A DNA stretch of 64,000 bases, taken from the IMG/VR virus record IMGVR_UViG_3300020165_000009; one strand, written 5' to 3'. The notes beneath the pieces are model-generated. The model saw only the letters and a list, made by a program, of their open reading frames with translations, was not told where the DNA came from and made no database searches. Shown here one piece after another: positions 8,884 to 18,549 of this stretch; position 1 is the first letter of the stretch, and every line of letters begins with the position of its first letter. A program made the translations under genes and the position numbers. This stretch comes from a virus.

Positions 8884-10701
8884 TTACACCATTGGTCCTG
8901 TTGAGGTTGCGCGCATGTCTGCTACGGACATCCCGGTGAAGTCTGATGTACCAGCATATCCAGGAGTTGTACGTCCTCCTTCGCTTGGTGTCAACGTACT
9001 AAATAGTAATTTGCCGAGATCCAATAATAACGTATTACGCTCTTCATCCAGTTCAATTTGTGTAGCCATGTGATCTGCATGCATTTCATGTAGATTTATT
9101 AATATTTTACCATTACTTTCAAAACCGGCTGCTAATGTTGTTAGGAGTGGTCCTCCTTCTTTCATAGCATATATGGTGTCCATCGGATTAGCTTGAGCTA
9201 ATACTCGACCGTCTTGACTAAAGATAATGCCATCATCAACTTGTGCGAGTGGTTCACCAATTATTGGTTGTCTCAGGCCTTTAAACAATTTTGAGTTTAA
9301 TGCCCATTCTCCTAATGTTGAAGTCTTATCACCTAACTTTTTTGCAATAAGTCCCCCTAGGAGCCTACCACCTACGTCACCTAATACACCACCAGCAATA
9401 GCACCAACTATGTTACCTGCTATTGGGACCCCTGATCCAATTGCACCTCCGAGAATAGCGCCACCAGCTCCACCAATAACACCAGTTACTGCTTTAATTA
9501 ACCTTGTACCGACCTTTTCATTCAACTCAGCATCATCTATGTCACCGAGCTCATGCTGCTTTACCAACTCTTCCACATCTTTATATGTGAAAAAAGACTC
9601 GAGTATGGGTGCTAAAAGGGGACTTTTTAAAAGCCCTCTTACCAGTTTCAACGGTTTAACTTTTTGAATTGCGGCGCCTACTGGCTTTAAAACTGTATCC
9701 TTTGTAAATTTGAGTGCTCTAGTAGCTCCACTCCTCACTGCCCCGCCTACTGCCGCGCCGGCTCTTCCAACCGCTTGTGCTCCGCCCCTTACTGCCTGTG
9801 CGCCCCTGGCGGCTGCACTGCTCACTTTACTACCAACGTAGCTAGCAGCCCCGGAAAAAAAGCCTTTAGTTGCACTAGCGGCCTGACTGACTGCCTTACC
9901 GGCCGGTGACCCGGTTATCTTCCGAGCTATTTCAGCTGCTTTTTTCTTTGCTGCCTCCATTCCCTTCACGAGAGATGATCCAAACTTGGATATTCTACTT
10001 GCAATTCTTTCAAAGGCTCCGCCAAATTTAGTCGATATAGTATTAACTATTTCTTTAACTTTTGTACCGGCCTTTTCTATGCCTTTTTTGGCACTCGTGG
10101 CGGCGCTACTGAGCCTATTACCTATACGGGCAGCCATCTCCATAACCTTTTTACGCATAGGTGCAATAGCCTTGCTCACAGCCTTACTCGCTTTATCAAG
10201 TCGGCTAGTTACTCCTTTCCTAATAGATTTCGCCAAATCACTAATTCTAGTACCTATCCGTGATAATACATTCCCAGCTCTTACTGCAAACTTATCAATT
10301 CTCTTGTAAACTTGTTGTAAGCCTGATACAAGACCTACAATACCTTGACCATCAACTAATGCCGCAAGACCTGCACCGACTCCTACTAATTTTAATAGGC
10401 CCATTAGGTCACTATTATTTTTCTCCTGCTGTTTTTCTAAAGCTGCTTCAGTCTCGCGACCGAAAGCTCTAGCAAGATCATCTTCAGCATCAGGTCCAAA
10501 ATTAGTAATTACAACATCTTTAGGCCTTTCTACAATATCTCGTGGCCCTTGAGCTTCGCGCGGTGCAGTAGAGCCTCGCGATGTTGTTGATGCGCGCGCG
10601 CCCTTACCAACCTCTTTCTGAAGGATTTTTAGTTGGTTCGCCGTATCAGCTGATACTTTAGTTAGTAGCGAAATTGCTTCCGCAATAGTAGGTTCTGCCA
10701 T
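8884..10701 (-). CDS. Tape-measure-like protein (gp29-like)
   Basis: 605 aa, Ala/Gly/Lys-rich helical repeats and glycine-zipper hydrophobic segments (GGAGGAILGGAIGSGVPIAGNIVGAIAGG); lies between hub and tube-cap genes. Confidence 0.6.
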   Translation of the reverse strand: MAEPTIAEAISLLTKVSADTANQLKILQKEVGKGARASTTSRGSTAPREAQGPRDIVERPKDVVITNFGPDAEDDLARAFGRETEAALEKQQEKNNSDLMGLLKLVGVGAGLAALVDGQGIVGLVSGLQQVYKRIDKFAVRAGNVLSRIGTRISDLAKSIRKGVTSRLDKASKAVSKAIAPMRKKVMEMAARIGNRLSSAATSAKKGIEKAGTKVKEIVNTISTKFGGAFERIASRISKFGSSLVKGMEAAKKKAAEIARKITGSPAGKAVSQAASATKGFFSGAASYVGSKVSSAAARGAQAVRGGAQAVGRAGAAVGGAVRSGATRALKFTKDTVLKPVGAAIQKVKPLKLVRGLLKSPLLAPILESFFTYKDVEELVKQHELGDIDDAELNEKVGTRLIKAVTGVIGGAGGAILGGAIGSGVPIAGNIVGAIAGGVLGDVGGRLLGGLIAKKLGDKTSTLGEWALNSKLFKGLRQPIIGEPLAQVDDGIIFSQDGRVLAQANPMDTIYAMKEGGPLLTTLAAGFESNGKILINLHEMHADHMATQIELDEERNTLLLDLGKLLFSTLTPSEGGRTTPGYAGTSDFTGMSVADMRATSTGPMV

Positions 10702-10721
10702 ACATATATTTATACATCACA

Positions 10722-11462
10722 CTACGATATAAATAGGTCTGGGGTAATATCTAGTTGCTCATCGGCCGTGAGGTGGTTAGTTAGCACTTCTTCAGCGGCT
10801 CTAACCTTACCAATATAGTCGTATACAGGTCGTAACTGCACTGTATCGAGCTCCTTAATAATATCTATGCTCTTAGTATCTTTTCTAATTTTAAGAGTCT
10901 GGTCACCAATAGAGATGGCTTTAATAAATTTTAATGATTCAAAATGATACACGTCACTCAGAAGAGATTTAGCTGAATTACTCTTATACTTACGTAGAAT
11001 AAGACCGTTAACGATATGGTCGTCATCCATTGAAGGTGGTGCAAGGTGAAATGTAATATCGTCAACTGTGACGCTTTCTGGTGCAACTTCAAGCTCAATA
11101 CTCTCATTTCTAGTGAGCATCTTTTTGATATCGAAGTCTATACTATCTTCGGTAGTAACGATACCATCAATATATCCTTTAAGCGCGAGGATAAAGTTAG
11201 TTCGGTCAATAGTATTAAAGACGGGTTGATACTCACTAATATTCTTTTTAAGAATAGAATACATCACGTTATTAAATTCTAAGATAGCTATAATAGGGCT
11301 GCCAGCACTTGATGTAATGTTTGCTACAGTTTCGATGATCTTAGATTGCTGTGCGAGTGTAATAGGAGCAATATCAATGCTACTCTTAAGTGTAGGTGAG
11401 AATACACTTATAACCTTTTTTGCTTTTTTAAGCTCTTGAATGATACTACTTACATCGGACAT
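10722..11462 (-). CDS. Baseplate hub assembly protein (gp26-like)
   Basis: Position and PITLAQQSKII...IDRTNFILALK pattern similar to the gp26 family. Confidence 0.5.
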   Translation of the reverse strand: MSDVSSIIQELKKAKKVISVFSPTLKSSIDIAPITLAQQSKIIETVANITSSAGSPIIAILEFNNVMYSILKKNISEYQPVFNTIDRTNFILALKGYIDGIVTTEDSIDFDIKKMLTRNESIELEVAPESVTVDDITFHLAPPSMDDDHIVNGLILRKYKSNSAKSLLSDVYHFESLKFIKAISIGDQTLKIRKDTKSIDIIKELDTVQLRPVYDYIGKVRAAEEVLTNHLTADEQLDITPDLFIS

Positions 11463-11470
11463 ATCAATAT

Positions 11471-12244
11471 TTACTCCCCGTTGTCCGGAGTTCTACTGTT
11501 TTCGGCTTCAGTTTTCTCAGCCTGTTCTTTGGTATAGAAGTTTAAATTAATTTTAAGCTCCGGTAGTGTATAGTACTGTAGGTCGTGTCCTTTTAAATTT
11601 AGACGTTGCGATATATTGTACTCGAATTCATACATCTCCATTAGATCACTAGTGAAAATTTCACGTAGGAAGTATAGTATCGATGCATTATACACATTAA
11701 TTTCTGCTCTATTTTCAAGAATATCCACGCCACTCCTATCCTTGATCTTATTTATAATGCCGGCAACCTTTATAATATGTATATCGGTTTCATTTAATAT
11801 TAAGATCTTATCGTGTATTGAAAACCTATCTACATCATTACCATTAACATCATAAAGATAATCCGCTACAGTAGCTGTAATATCCTTGCTATGAAAATAC
11901 TTAGGTGTCTTGAACTTACATCCACCGTACTCAAAAGCATCCTCTCGAAAGACACCTATACATTGTTCCTTCAATGAAAAATTAACATCTCTATCGTCGT
12001 GAGTGAGTGTTATATTATTACCTAGTATAGAGTTTCTAATATATATTAATGCTTCAAATTTATCGATAATATTGAGATCGTAACTAGATGATATGCGCTG
12101 TGTGATTGTCTCGAAGCAATTATTAATCTCCTCTAGATCACTTGAAAGGAGCATCTTACATATATTTTTATATTCTATGTAAGATAGCTCTTCAAAGCGT
12201 ACTAGGCCTCGTTGAAGAGGTATTGATAGTTGACTTGAGACCAT
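11471..12244 (-). CDS. Baseplate hub assembly protein (gp26/gp51-like)
   Basis: LNIIDKFEALIYIRNSILG is gp26-like; the C-terminal segment is gp51-like. Confidence 0.45.
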   Translation of the reverse strand: MVSSQLSIPLQRGLVRFEELSYIEYKNICKMLLSSDLEEINNCFETITQRISSSYDLNIIDKFEALIYIRNSILGNNITLTHDDRDVNFSLKEQCIGVFREDAFEYGGCKFKTPKYFHSKDITATVADYLYDVNGNDVDRFSIHDKILILNETDIHIIKVAGIINKIKDRSGVDILENRAEINVYNASILYFLREIFTSDLMEMYEFEYNISQRLNLKGHDLQYYTLPELKINLNFYTKEQAEKTEAENSRTPDNGE

Positions 12245-13062
12245 TAAAATATTTTATCAATCAAGTCAGGTAATGGCAAGTATAAATTATCCTCTAATGT
12301 ATAGTGGGTGTATGCCCACCTGGTGTTATATGTTTCAAGTGCCTCCCTATCGTATGATAAATTTCTCGTATCTACACTCATAGGTACGCAGTTATAAAAC
12401 TTCCAGACCTTTCTAGGCACCTGTGATAGTTTTTGAAATGACCTCGTGTACTGTACTATAGTTACGTTAGTCTTAACATTTAGTGTCGAGCTCTCGGGCC
12501 TGGCGACCATACCGGCATGTGCACCTAAGATAACCCATGGTCTGACTAAACTATCAACGAATGATGTATTGGTCTCTCTAAAGTTTATGGTAAGCGGCGA
12601 GAATTTTACACGTCCCTGGCCTATGAGGCCAGGTATAAGTCCCATATTATTCGCGATCTCAGCATGGCTGGTCTGAAATGTATCGTCTGGAATAGCGGCA
12701 CCTTGCGCAAACATACACCCATTAATACCCTGAAATGGGTAAGACGTTAGTACCGCTCTAGCTCTATCGATATCGAAACCTTTCTTATCTGCTTGTACTG
12801 GTTCGAGATTTTGTATTACATTAGTCCGTAAACCACTTGGAAAATTATCGAAGAATATAATATACTGAGTTCTTAGTGGTATGGTACCGATCCATGACTC
12901 CATGGACTTTAAGAATGAATCTCTAAAACTCACTAATGGTACCCCAGGTATATTAGTACCAAGTAACTGTATATTAGGTTGACCTAGAGAACCGCCTAGG
13001 TTACCTTGCGTCACGCTTTTTACACCTTGCAGAAAATTGCCTGCAGCATTAAGAATACTCAT
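12244..13062 (-). CDS. Tail tube initiator / tube-like baseplate protein (gp54-like)
   Basis: Tube fold LTINFRETN...WKFYNCVP...LSYD; start chosen at 13062 after TTAAATA. Confidence 0.6.
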   Translation of the reverse strand: MSILNAAGNFLQGVKSVTQGNLGGSLGQPNIQLLGTNIPGVPLVSFRDSFLKSMESWIGTIPLRTQYIIFFDNFPSGLRTNVIQNLEPVQADKKGFDIDRARAVLTSYPFQGINGCMFAQGAAIPDDTFQTSHAEIANNMGLIPGLIGQGRVKFSPLTINFRETNTSFVDSLVRPWVILGAHAGMVARPESSTLNVKTNVTIVQYTRSFQKLSQVPRKVWKFYNCVPMSVDTRNLSYDREALETYNTRWAYTHYTLEDNLYLPLPDLIDKIF

Positions 13063-13078
13063 ACACAAATATTTAAGC

Positions 13079-13108
13079 AAAAAAAAGCCGTACCAAATAG
13101 GTACGGCT
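13079..13108 (-). terminator. Rho-independent terminator after the tail tube gene
   Basis: AGCCGTACC-tattt-GGTACGGCT hairpin followed by a T run on the minus strand. Confidence 0.85.
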
Positions 13109-13130
13109 CTTAAAGTTATAAAAATAAGTG

Positions 13131-13676
13131 TTACGCAGTCTTTCTATAAAACTGGTAAGCAATAGTAACAGTGAAGGTTTGTACGTCACCAGAAGCTGTC
13201 ACATCGTATGATAGATCACCGACTGAACGTATGCTAGCGCCAACCAATTGATACTGTGCTAGTTGATTTAGTTCCTTATCTAGCTGCACTAAGTCGATGA
13301 CAGAATCGGCCTTAGGTGTAAAGTAATTACCTGTAGATGTAGAGTCATCAAACGTATCATTAATGACCTGTTGGAACTTCTCATACAATTTATATGATTC
13401 ATCAGCTCTAAAAGTTAGAGAATATCCACCAGAGTTGTTATACTTAACAGTACCGGGTACATGAAAATCTAACCCCATGTAAGGTACTACAACATCTTGA
13501 ATTGTCTTACCAGGTAGAGTAGCTGTAGTCGCATATATTAGATCCTCTTCATCAATAGATATATCACTACCGCTACCGAAGTCAATGTTAAGTACCCTGA
13601 ACAAGTTATTTCTTGCGAAATCTCTTGCTTGCGCCTGAGTATAAAAGTCTTGTATCGTTTGTTTAACGTCTGCCAT
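13131..13676 (-). CDS. gp19: Tail tube protein
   Basis: FARNNLFRV, TLPG...VPYMG...VPG, LSYD...FTVTIAYQ; directly after the sheath gene. Confidence 0.9.
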   Translation of the reverse strand: MADVKQTIQDFYTQAQARDFARNNLFRVLNIDFGSGSDISIDEEDLIYATTATLPGKTIQDVVVPYMGLDFHVPGTVKYNNSGGYSLTFRADESYKLYEKFQQVINDTFDDSTSTGNYFTPKADSVIDLVQLDKELNQLAQYQLVGASIRSVGDLSYDVTASGDVQTFTVTIAYQFYRKTA

Positions 13677-13717
13677 GTAATTATTTAATCTAGATTAGTT
13701 GTTTTTTATATGAGTTC

Positions 13718-13747
13718 AAAAAAAAGCCGACCCTTTCGGACCGGCTT
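13718..13747 (-). terminator. Rho-independent terminator after the tail sheath gene
   Basis: Minus strand GCCGGTCC-GAAA-GGGTCGGC (GNRA loop, G-U pairs) followed by a T run. Confidence 0.85.
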
Positions 13748-13766
13748 AATTTGTTAGTGTTTAGTA

Positions 13767-16184
13767 TTAACCGACAATCTCGTTGAAGTCTGTACCTGTA
13801 CGAGTTGCATAGAAGTTAACAAGAATGAATTCAGCAGCGCGAACTGGCTTTAGGTAGATATCTACCACCATTTCATTTTGATCAATAACGTCTGGAGTGT
13901 TATTTCTTTCATCGCATACGATCAAGTAATCATACAATCCTTCAGTATTCTTAGCATTCTCGAATATTGGGGTGAGTGTATTAATAACTCTCGTTCTTGT
14001 GAGTAGCGTATTAGGCTCGAACAAGAAGTACTTAACTGTATTTCTTGTCGCTTTCTCAAGATTCAAGAACAGTCTACGTACATTGATTCTATCAAATGCA
14101 GTCGGAGCTGCTTGTAGAGTCTTCTGTCCGAATGTTACGAAGCCATCACCCGGGAAGAATGCAACTGGGTTGACCGAGTTCTTATAAAGTTGGTCTCTTT
14201 GCTTCTGCTTAGGGTACAGCGCGATATCATTAACACTACCTACTCTACCTCTAGTAAATCCAGCAGGTGCGAACCATGGTTGGAAGTTAGCATCTGTATT
14301 AGCCATTTGACTTGCAGCAGTACCAGAGAATGGCACCCATACTTGATCGTCTAATGAACTATCATAAACCTTATTCCAAGCTGCATATGTAGTAGAGTAA
14401 CTTGAATTAAGAATAGTCGTAAAGGCTTGCACGGGCTTTGATACATTCAACGAGAAGTTCTTTTCAGGATCATCTAGGGTCTTGAAGTTACGTCCTTGTA
14501 CGAATATAGGCCTTGGTAAATCGGCAATAAACATATGATCCTTCCTTCTCTTCTCCGCAAAGTCGTTAAACCTATTGTAGATTGTCTTCCAGTTATCTCT
14601 GTAAGTCTGTGCTTCTGATGATATCTTAGTAATATCTGATTTATAGAAACCGGACATTGCTGAGACATTAGTTAGATCGTCGAAGTATTTGTCATCGCCA
14701 TTGTCTTTTCTGGCAGCGTTAATTGTACCAAGACCAGCTTCAATAGTAATATCGAGATCAAAGACTTCAGGGTTCTCAATGGTGTCGAGTAATCTGTCAA
14801 CCTTTCTCGGTACACTACCTAGATCTTTTTGCTCCGCTTGTAAGTTAGCATTGGCATAAGCACCGACTGTGAATAGTGAGTCAGCTGCTCCTAAAGTATC
14901 AACCGCTCCAGATAAGGTACTAAAGACGTTATTAATAAGAGCAGCACTAGTAGCTGGTACTATTGATGTCTCAGGAATATAACCACTGGATAGTAGCTGG
15001 AAGTTTGCAAAGCCTGGATCAGCATCGATTGCATTAGCTTCATTTGCAGTAAACTTACTATTAGCAATTCTTATCTTGTTAATAGGGTTACCATTAAGAT
15101 CGAGCCACGTATCACCATTTCTGTGTGATAAGTTGTCATTAATCACGACTGATATATTAGGTGATTCATCTTCTCTGAATCCTAAGAAGAAGCTCTGAGG
15201 AGCTCCACCTTGCTGACTTTGCTGTTGTCTATGGAAGTCAAATGAACCTACATAATTTTCAGATAAGATGTAATCTAGTTTAATAACATCAGCAGCGAAT
15301 ACTGATTGTCTTAGTTTGAATAGACCGACTGATAATACATCATCGTACTGAGGTGTTGCAATATCGAAATCTGTGAGATTTTCCATGATCTCAGATATAC
15401 TATCAGTCTCTTGACCGAATGTATTGGTTGTTGCATCATTTGCACCAGATAGTGTAAAGTTTAATCTCTGAGTTGGCAGTCTTAGGTAATTAGATGTAAC
15501 AGTTGCGCTAGTAGCTACTGTCTCTGCTGTTAATATAGCATCAAAGTCTGTTGCATCGTTTAGGTTAGTATTGTCTGCAAGACCGAGATAATAACCTTCA
15601 AATCGGCCATTAACTGTCGTTTGCCCTTTGTTAAGAACAACTACTGCAGCGTTTCCTAGTTTTGCGAATGTGTCTGGAACCGCGGTTAAATCGTTAGTCC
15701 AGTTGAACTCGTCTTGTCGTAGTACTTGGAAGTATTCTTCCTGCGTTAACTCCATGTGGTAGGGTTTACCGAGTACGTAAATACCAGGTACATTTTGATC
15801 ACCAGACGTCGGCTGAGAGTATGTTGCTAAGGTCTCACCAGTACCAGATAGTGCAATACCTACTGCTGGGTATGCAAGTGCTCCGTAAGTGTTACCGAAG
15901 CCTGCTCCGGTTTGTTCACCATACGGTAACCTGTACGCTTGAATATTAGCTGGTGAATTGAATAGAGGTCTAACCGAATGATAGAAGTAGCGTTCTGCTG
16001 GTGTAGTGGGCAATCCGTAGATTTGCTCGAACTCACTTAAGCTCGTTACTTGAATAACTTCGTCTGTTGGTCCTTTGTCTGCGAAACCTGGGACTAATAT
16101 TGTGGTACCAGCTGGTATATTAGGTCTGAGAGACAAATCTATCTCATTAATCTCTACACCTGGTGATTGAATTGTACGTGCCAT
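13767..16184 (-). CDS. gp18: Contractile tail sheath protein
   Basis: SPGVEINEIDLS, PWFAPAGFTRG, FGQKTL, FDRINVRRLF, FEPN, KPVRAAEFILVNF. Confidence 0.97.
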   Translation of the reverse strand: MARTIQSPGVEINEIDLSLRPNIPAGTTILVPGFADKGPTDEVIQVTSLSEFEQIYGLPTTPAERYFYHSVRPLFNSPANIQAYRLPYGEQTGAGFGNTYGALAYPAVGIALSGTGETLATYSQPTSGDQNVPGIYVLGKPYHMELTQEEYFQVLRQDEFNWTNDLTAVPDTFAKLGNAAVVVLNKGQTTVNGRFEGYYLGLADNTNLNDATDFDAILTAETVATSATVTSNYLRLPTQRLNFTLSGANDATTNTFGQETDSISEIMENLTDFDIATPQYDDVLSVGLFKLRQSVFAADVIKLDYILSENYVGSFDFHRQQQSQQGGAPQSFFLGFREDESPNISVVINDNLSHRNGDTWLDLNGNPINKIRIANSKFTANEANAIDADPGFANFQLLSSGYIPETSIVPATSAALINNVFSTLSGAVDTLGAADSLFTVGAYANANLQAEQKDLGSVPRKVDRLLDTIENPEVFDLDITIEAGLGTINAARKDNGDDKYFDDLTNVSAMSGFYKSDITKISSEAQTYRDNWKTIYNRFNDFAEKRRKDHMFIADLPRPIFVQGRNFKTLDDPEKNFSLNVSKPVQAFTTILNSSYSTTYAAWNKVYDSSLDDQVWVPFSGTAASQMANTDANFQPWFAPAGFTRGRVGSVNDIALYPKQKQRDQLYKNSVNPVAFFPGDGFVTFGQKTLQAAPTAFDRINVRRLFLNLEKATRNTVKYFLFEPNTLLTRTRVINTLTPIFENAKNTEGLYDYLIVCDERNNTPDVIDQNEMVVDIYLKPVRAAEFILVNFYATRTGTDFNEIVG

Positions 16185-16214
16185 AATATTATTTATGGTC
16201 CAACGGGATAAAAA

Positions 16215-16838
16215 TTACGGTAACTTCACTAATAATTGCGAGAATGCGAATTCAAATTCTATTTCAATCTCACCAGCTTCTCGGTAATTATAGTTAATAC
16301 CACCAAGCGATACAGGAAATGCTTTTGTATAGTCAAATTGAACCATCGGTTTATCGAATTCATCAAGACCGTATATGGTAATAAGAGATTGATACAGCTC
16401 TGGTGGAGTAGAAGATCTATTCCTTTTTGTATCTGAAACACGAGATTCTGGCGATACTTTAACCGTGTTAGCAACATTACCCGCATCAAATACAGATTCC
16501 TTATCATCATTAAGGAGATCTAACCATTTGTATATAACCCAATAGTTTCTAAATTTACTATCAACAGTAAAGCTAACAGTTACATTTGCATAAGGAGGTC
16601 TTGTATTACTAGATATTTTATACGATTGACCGGCATAGGGTAGAATAACATCCGGTACTGTTACATCTGGCACAACAGCACCATATACAGAAAATTGTAA
16701 TGAATTTTCGTTAATCTTATTGTTGTCTGTAGCCCCGATGCTATTATCATTAATACCTCTAAGACCTTCAGGCAGGTTGATAACACATAGAAATTTATCT
16801 AACCTACTTTTATTTAACTGTGATTGCTGTACTGACAT
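16215..16838 (-). CDS. Tail tube-fold protein (tail completion, gp3-like)
   Basis: VTVSFTVDSKFRNYWVIYKWL...FTKAFP-like segment and SLGGINY are tube-fold motifs. Confidence 0.6.
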   Translation of the reverse strand: MSVQQSQLNKSRLDKFLCVINLPEGLRGINDNSIGATDNNKINENSLQFSVYGAVVPDVTVPDVILPYAGQSYKISSNTRPPYANVTVSFTVDSKFRNYWVIYKWLDLLNDDKESVFDAGNVANTVKVSPESRVSDTKRNRSSTPPELYQSLITIYGLDEFDKPMVQFDYTKAFPVSLGGINYNYREAGEIEIEFEFAFSQLLVKLP

Positions 16839-16839
16839 A

Positions 16840-18534
16840 TTATAAAGGTGTCCATCCCATCCCCATTAGTTGATCCAGGTCAGAGTCAGTATTTTGAGCA
16901 TTGCCTATTATAATAGGCGTTGTATCACTATAACCATCCTCTCTACCTTCACCACTATATATAGAGGTTGGGTTCATAAAATATTTAATCCCGAAGTCGA
17001 ATTGCTTAATCTTTAGAGGCTTGTTATTTTTATCAGTCTGTAGTACCTCAAAATATCTAGTTACTAATTCATCATCTAACATAATTAGGTTCCATAACAT
17101 GGCCATTACCTTATCATCATGATACCCGGCACCTTTTTTAGCTGCCCATGTACCGTTTGGATACCTTACAAAGTCCTTTAACTCCTTTACAGTATGTATA
17201 TCTTTTAAGTTAACTGCTTCGAGATCGTTGAGCCAGTATCTCATATTTGTAACTCCCTTCTGCTTTGTGTTAGTATGAGCAACAATACCTAATTGATTCT
17301 TCGCCCTACCAGCTGTAGATGCGCCCCATGATACAATATTATCATACTGATGGATCTTCTTTAAGTTATCGACGACTTGAGCTCCGCAATTATTTCTTTC
17401 AATACATGCCAGAGGACTTCCCCAGTGTTTTAGTATCTCGTGAACCTTCTCTGTAAAGTTAACTGGTGATATAGTATTAGAGGAGTATATAGCTACTTGG
17501 CGGATCTTAGTTAGATCAGAGTATTCGAAGATCTGTATAACTGAACTATCTGAACCTACCCCTTCAGCTGTATCTACACTCGCTATATATATACCATCCT
17601 TAATCGGCTCTTCCCAAAGCCGGTATTTACCCTCTTCAAATATAAATTTTGGATCTTCACATCCTGCCACCATACGGGCATATTGCTCTTCATTCAATGA
17701 ACTCTCGCCTAAGTCTAAGAACTCGCAGTTAAACTCCTGGTTAAAGGCTTCCATTGAGCCGATAGATGCGATTGTATCATCTTTCCATTTTTCATCTCGA
17801 CCAGGAATTTCATTCCATAAAATCTTATCACATGCCCAGTTAGATTCGCCTTTATCTGCTGCCTCGTATAATCTATGAAATAAGTTACCAGTACCATTAG
17901 CTGTCGATGCAACGAAGATCTTAGACTTCTTAGATGATGAAATAATAGGATATACTGATTTCCAGAACTCGTCGACGAGGTGAGGTTCAATAAAGGCAAG
18001 CTCGTCTAGTACAAGACAGTTTACGGATTGTCCACGAGCAGCTGTACCTGTCGTAGTAGATATACCGATTCGAGTACCGTTAGCAAATGTCACAGCAGTC
18101 TTACCGTACTCTTCAACACCAGGTTTAAGCCAGTTAGGGAGCTCCTCGTAAGCCATTCTTATACGCTGCATAATCTCAATAGCAGTCCCCTCCTTGTTTG
18201 CTACAACAAGTATCTTCTGGTCTCTATTAAAGCATGCTATCCATAACGCATAAATCGTCATCATTGTAGTCTTACCTATCTGACGCGACGCTAGTAATAT
18301 AAAGAACCTATTATCTCTCATCTTACGCAGAGCTCGTTTCTGAGCAGGGTGTAGTTTAATTTTCTGCTTACCGTCATCGAGTGAGATGATGTGAAAGAAA
18401 GTCTCAGCAAAGTATAGAAGGTTCTTAGATGCCTTCTTAAGCTGTTTAATCTGCACTGGTGAATATTCAAAAACCGACCCTTTACTGGGTAGATTAGGGT
18501 TATTCATATATATCTGTTTATTTTTGTCAACCAT
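16840..18534 (-). CDS. gp17: Terminase large subunit
   Basis: ASRQIGKTT, LVLDELAF, STANG, FNQEF, nuclease motifs VDTAEG and HDDKVMA. Confidence 0.97.
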   Translation of the reverse strand: MVDKNKQIYMNNPNLPSKGSVFEYSPVQIKQLKKASKNLLYFAETFFHIISLDDGKQKIKLHPAQKRALRKMRDNRFFILLASRQIGKTTMMTIYALWIACFNRDQKILVVANKEGTAIEIMQRIRMAYEELPNWLKPGVEEYGKTAVTFANGTRIGISTTTGTAARGQSVNCLVLDELAFIEPHLVDEFWKSVYPIISSSKKSKIFVASTANGTGNLFHRLYEAADKGESNWACDKILWNEIPGRDEKWKDDTIASIGSMEAFNQEFNCEFLDLGESSLNEEQYARMVAGCEDPKFIFEEGKYRLWEEPIKDGIYIASVDTAEGVGSDSSVIQIFEYSDLTKIRQVAIYSSNTISPVNFTEKVHEILKHWGSPLACIERNNCGAQVVDNLKKIHQYDNIVSWGASTAGRAKNQLGIVAHTNTKQKGVTNMRYWLNDLEAVNLKDIHTVKELKDFVRYPNGTWAAKKGAGYHDDKVMAMLWNLIMLDDELVTRYFEVLQTDKNNKPLKIKQFDFGIKYFMNPTSIYSGEGREDGYSDTTPIIIGNAQNTDSDLDQLMGMGWTPL

Positions 18535-18538
18535 CTAT

Positions 18539-18548
18539 TAAATATTTA
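18539..18548. promoter_or_regulatory. Palindromic bidirectional late promoter TAAATATTTA
   Basis: Perfect 10-bp palindrome in the 15-bp gap between divergent ATGs at 18534 (-) and 18550 (+); gives TAAATA on both strands. Confidence 0.7.
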
Positions 18549-18549
18549 C

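Noticed and set aside
9660-10260. GC-richer, repetitive stretch as foreign DNA
   Set aside because: Explained by Ala/Gly-rich codons of the tape-measure-like protein.
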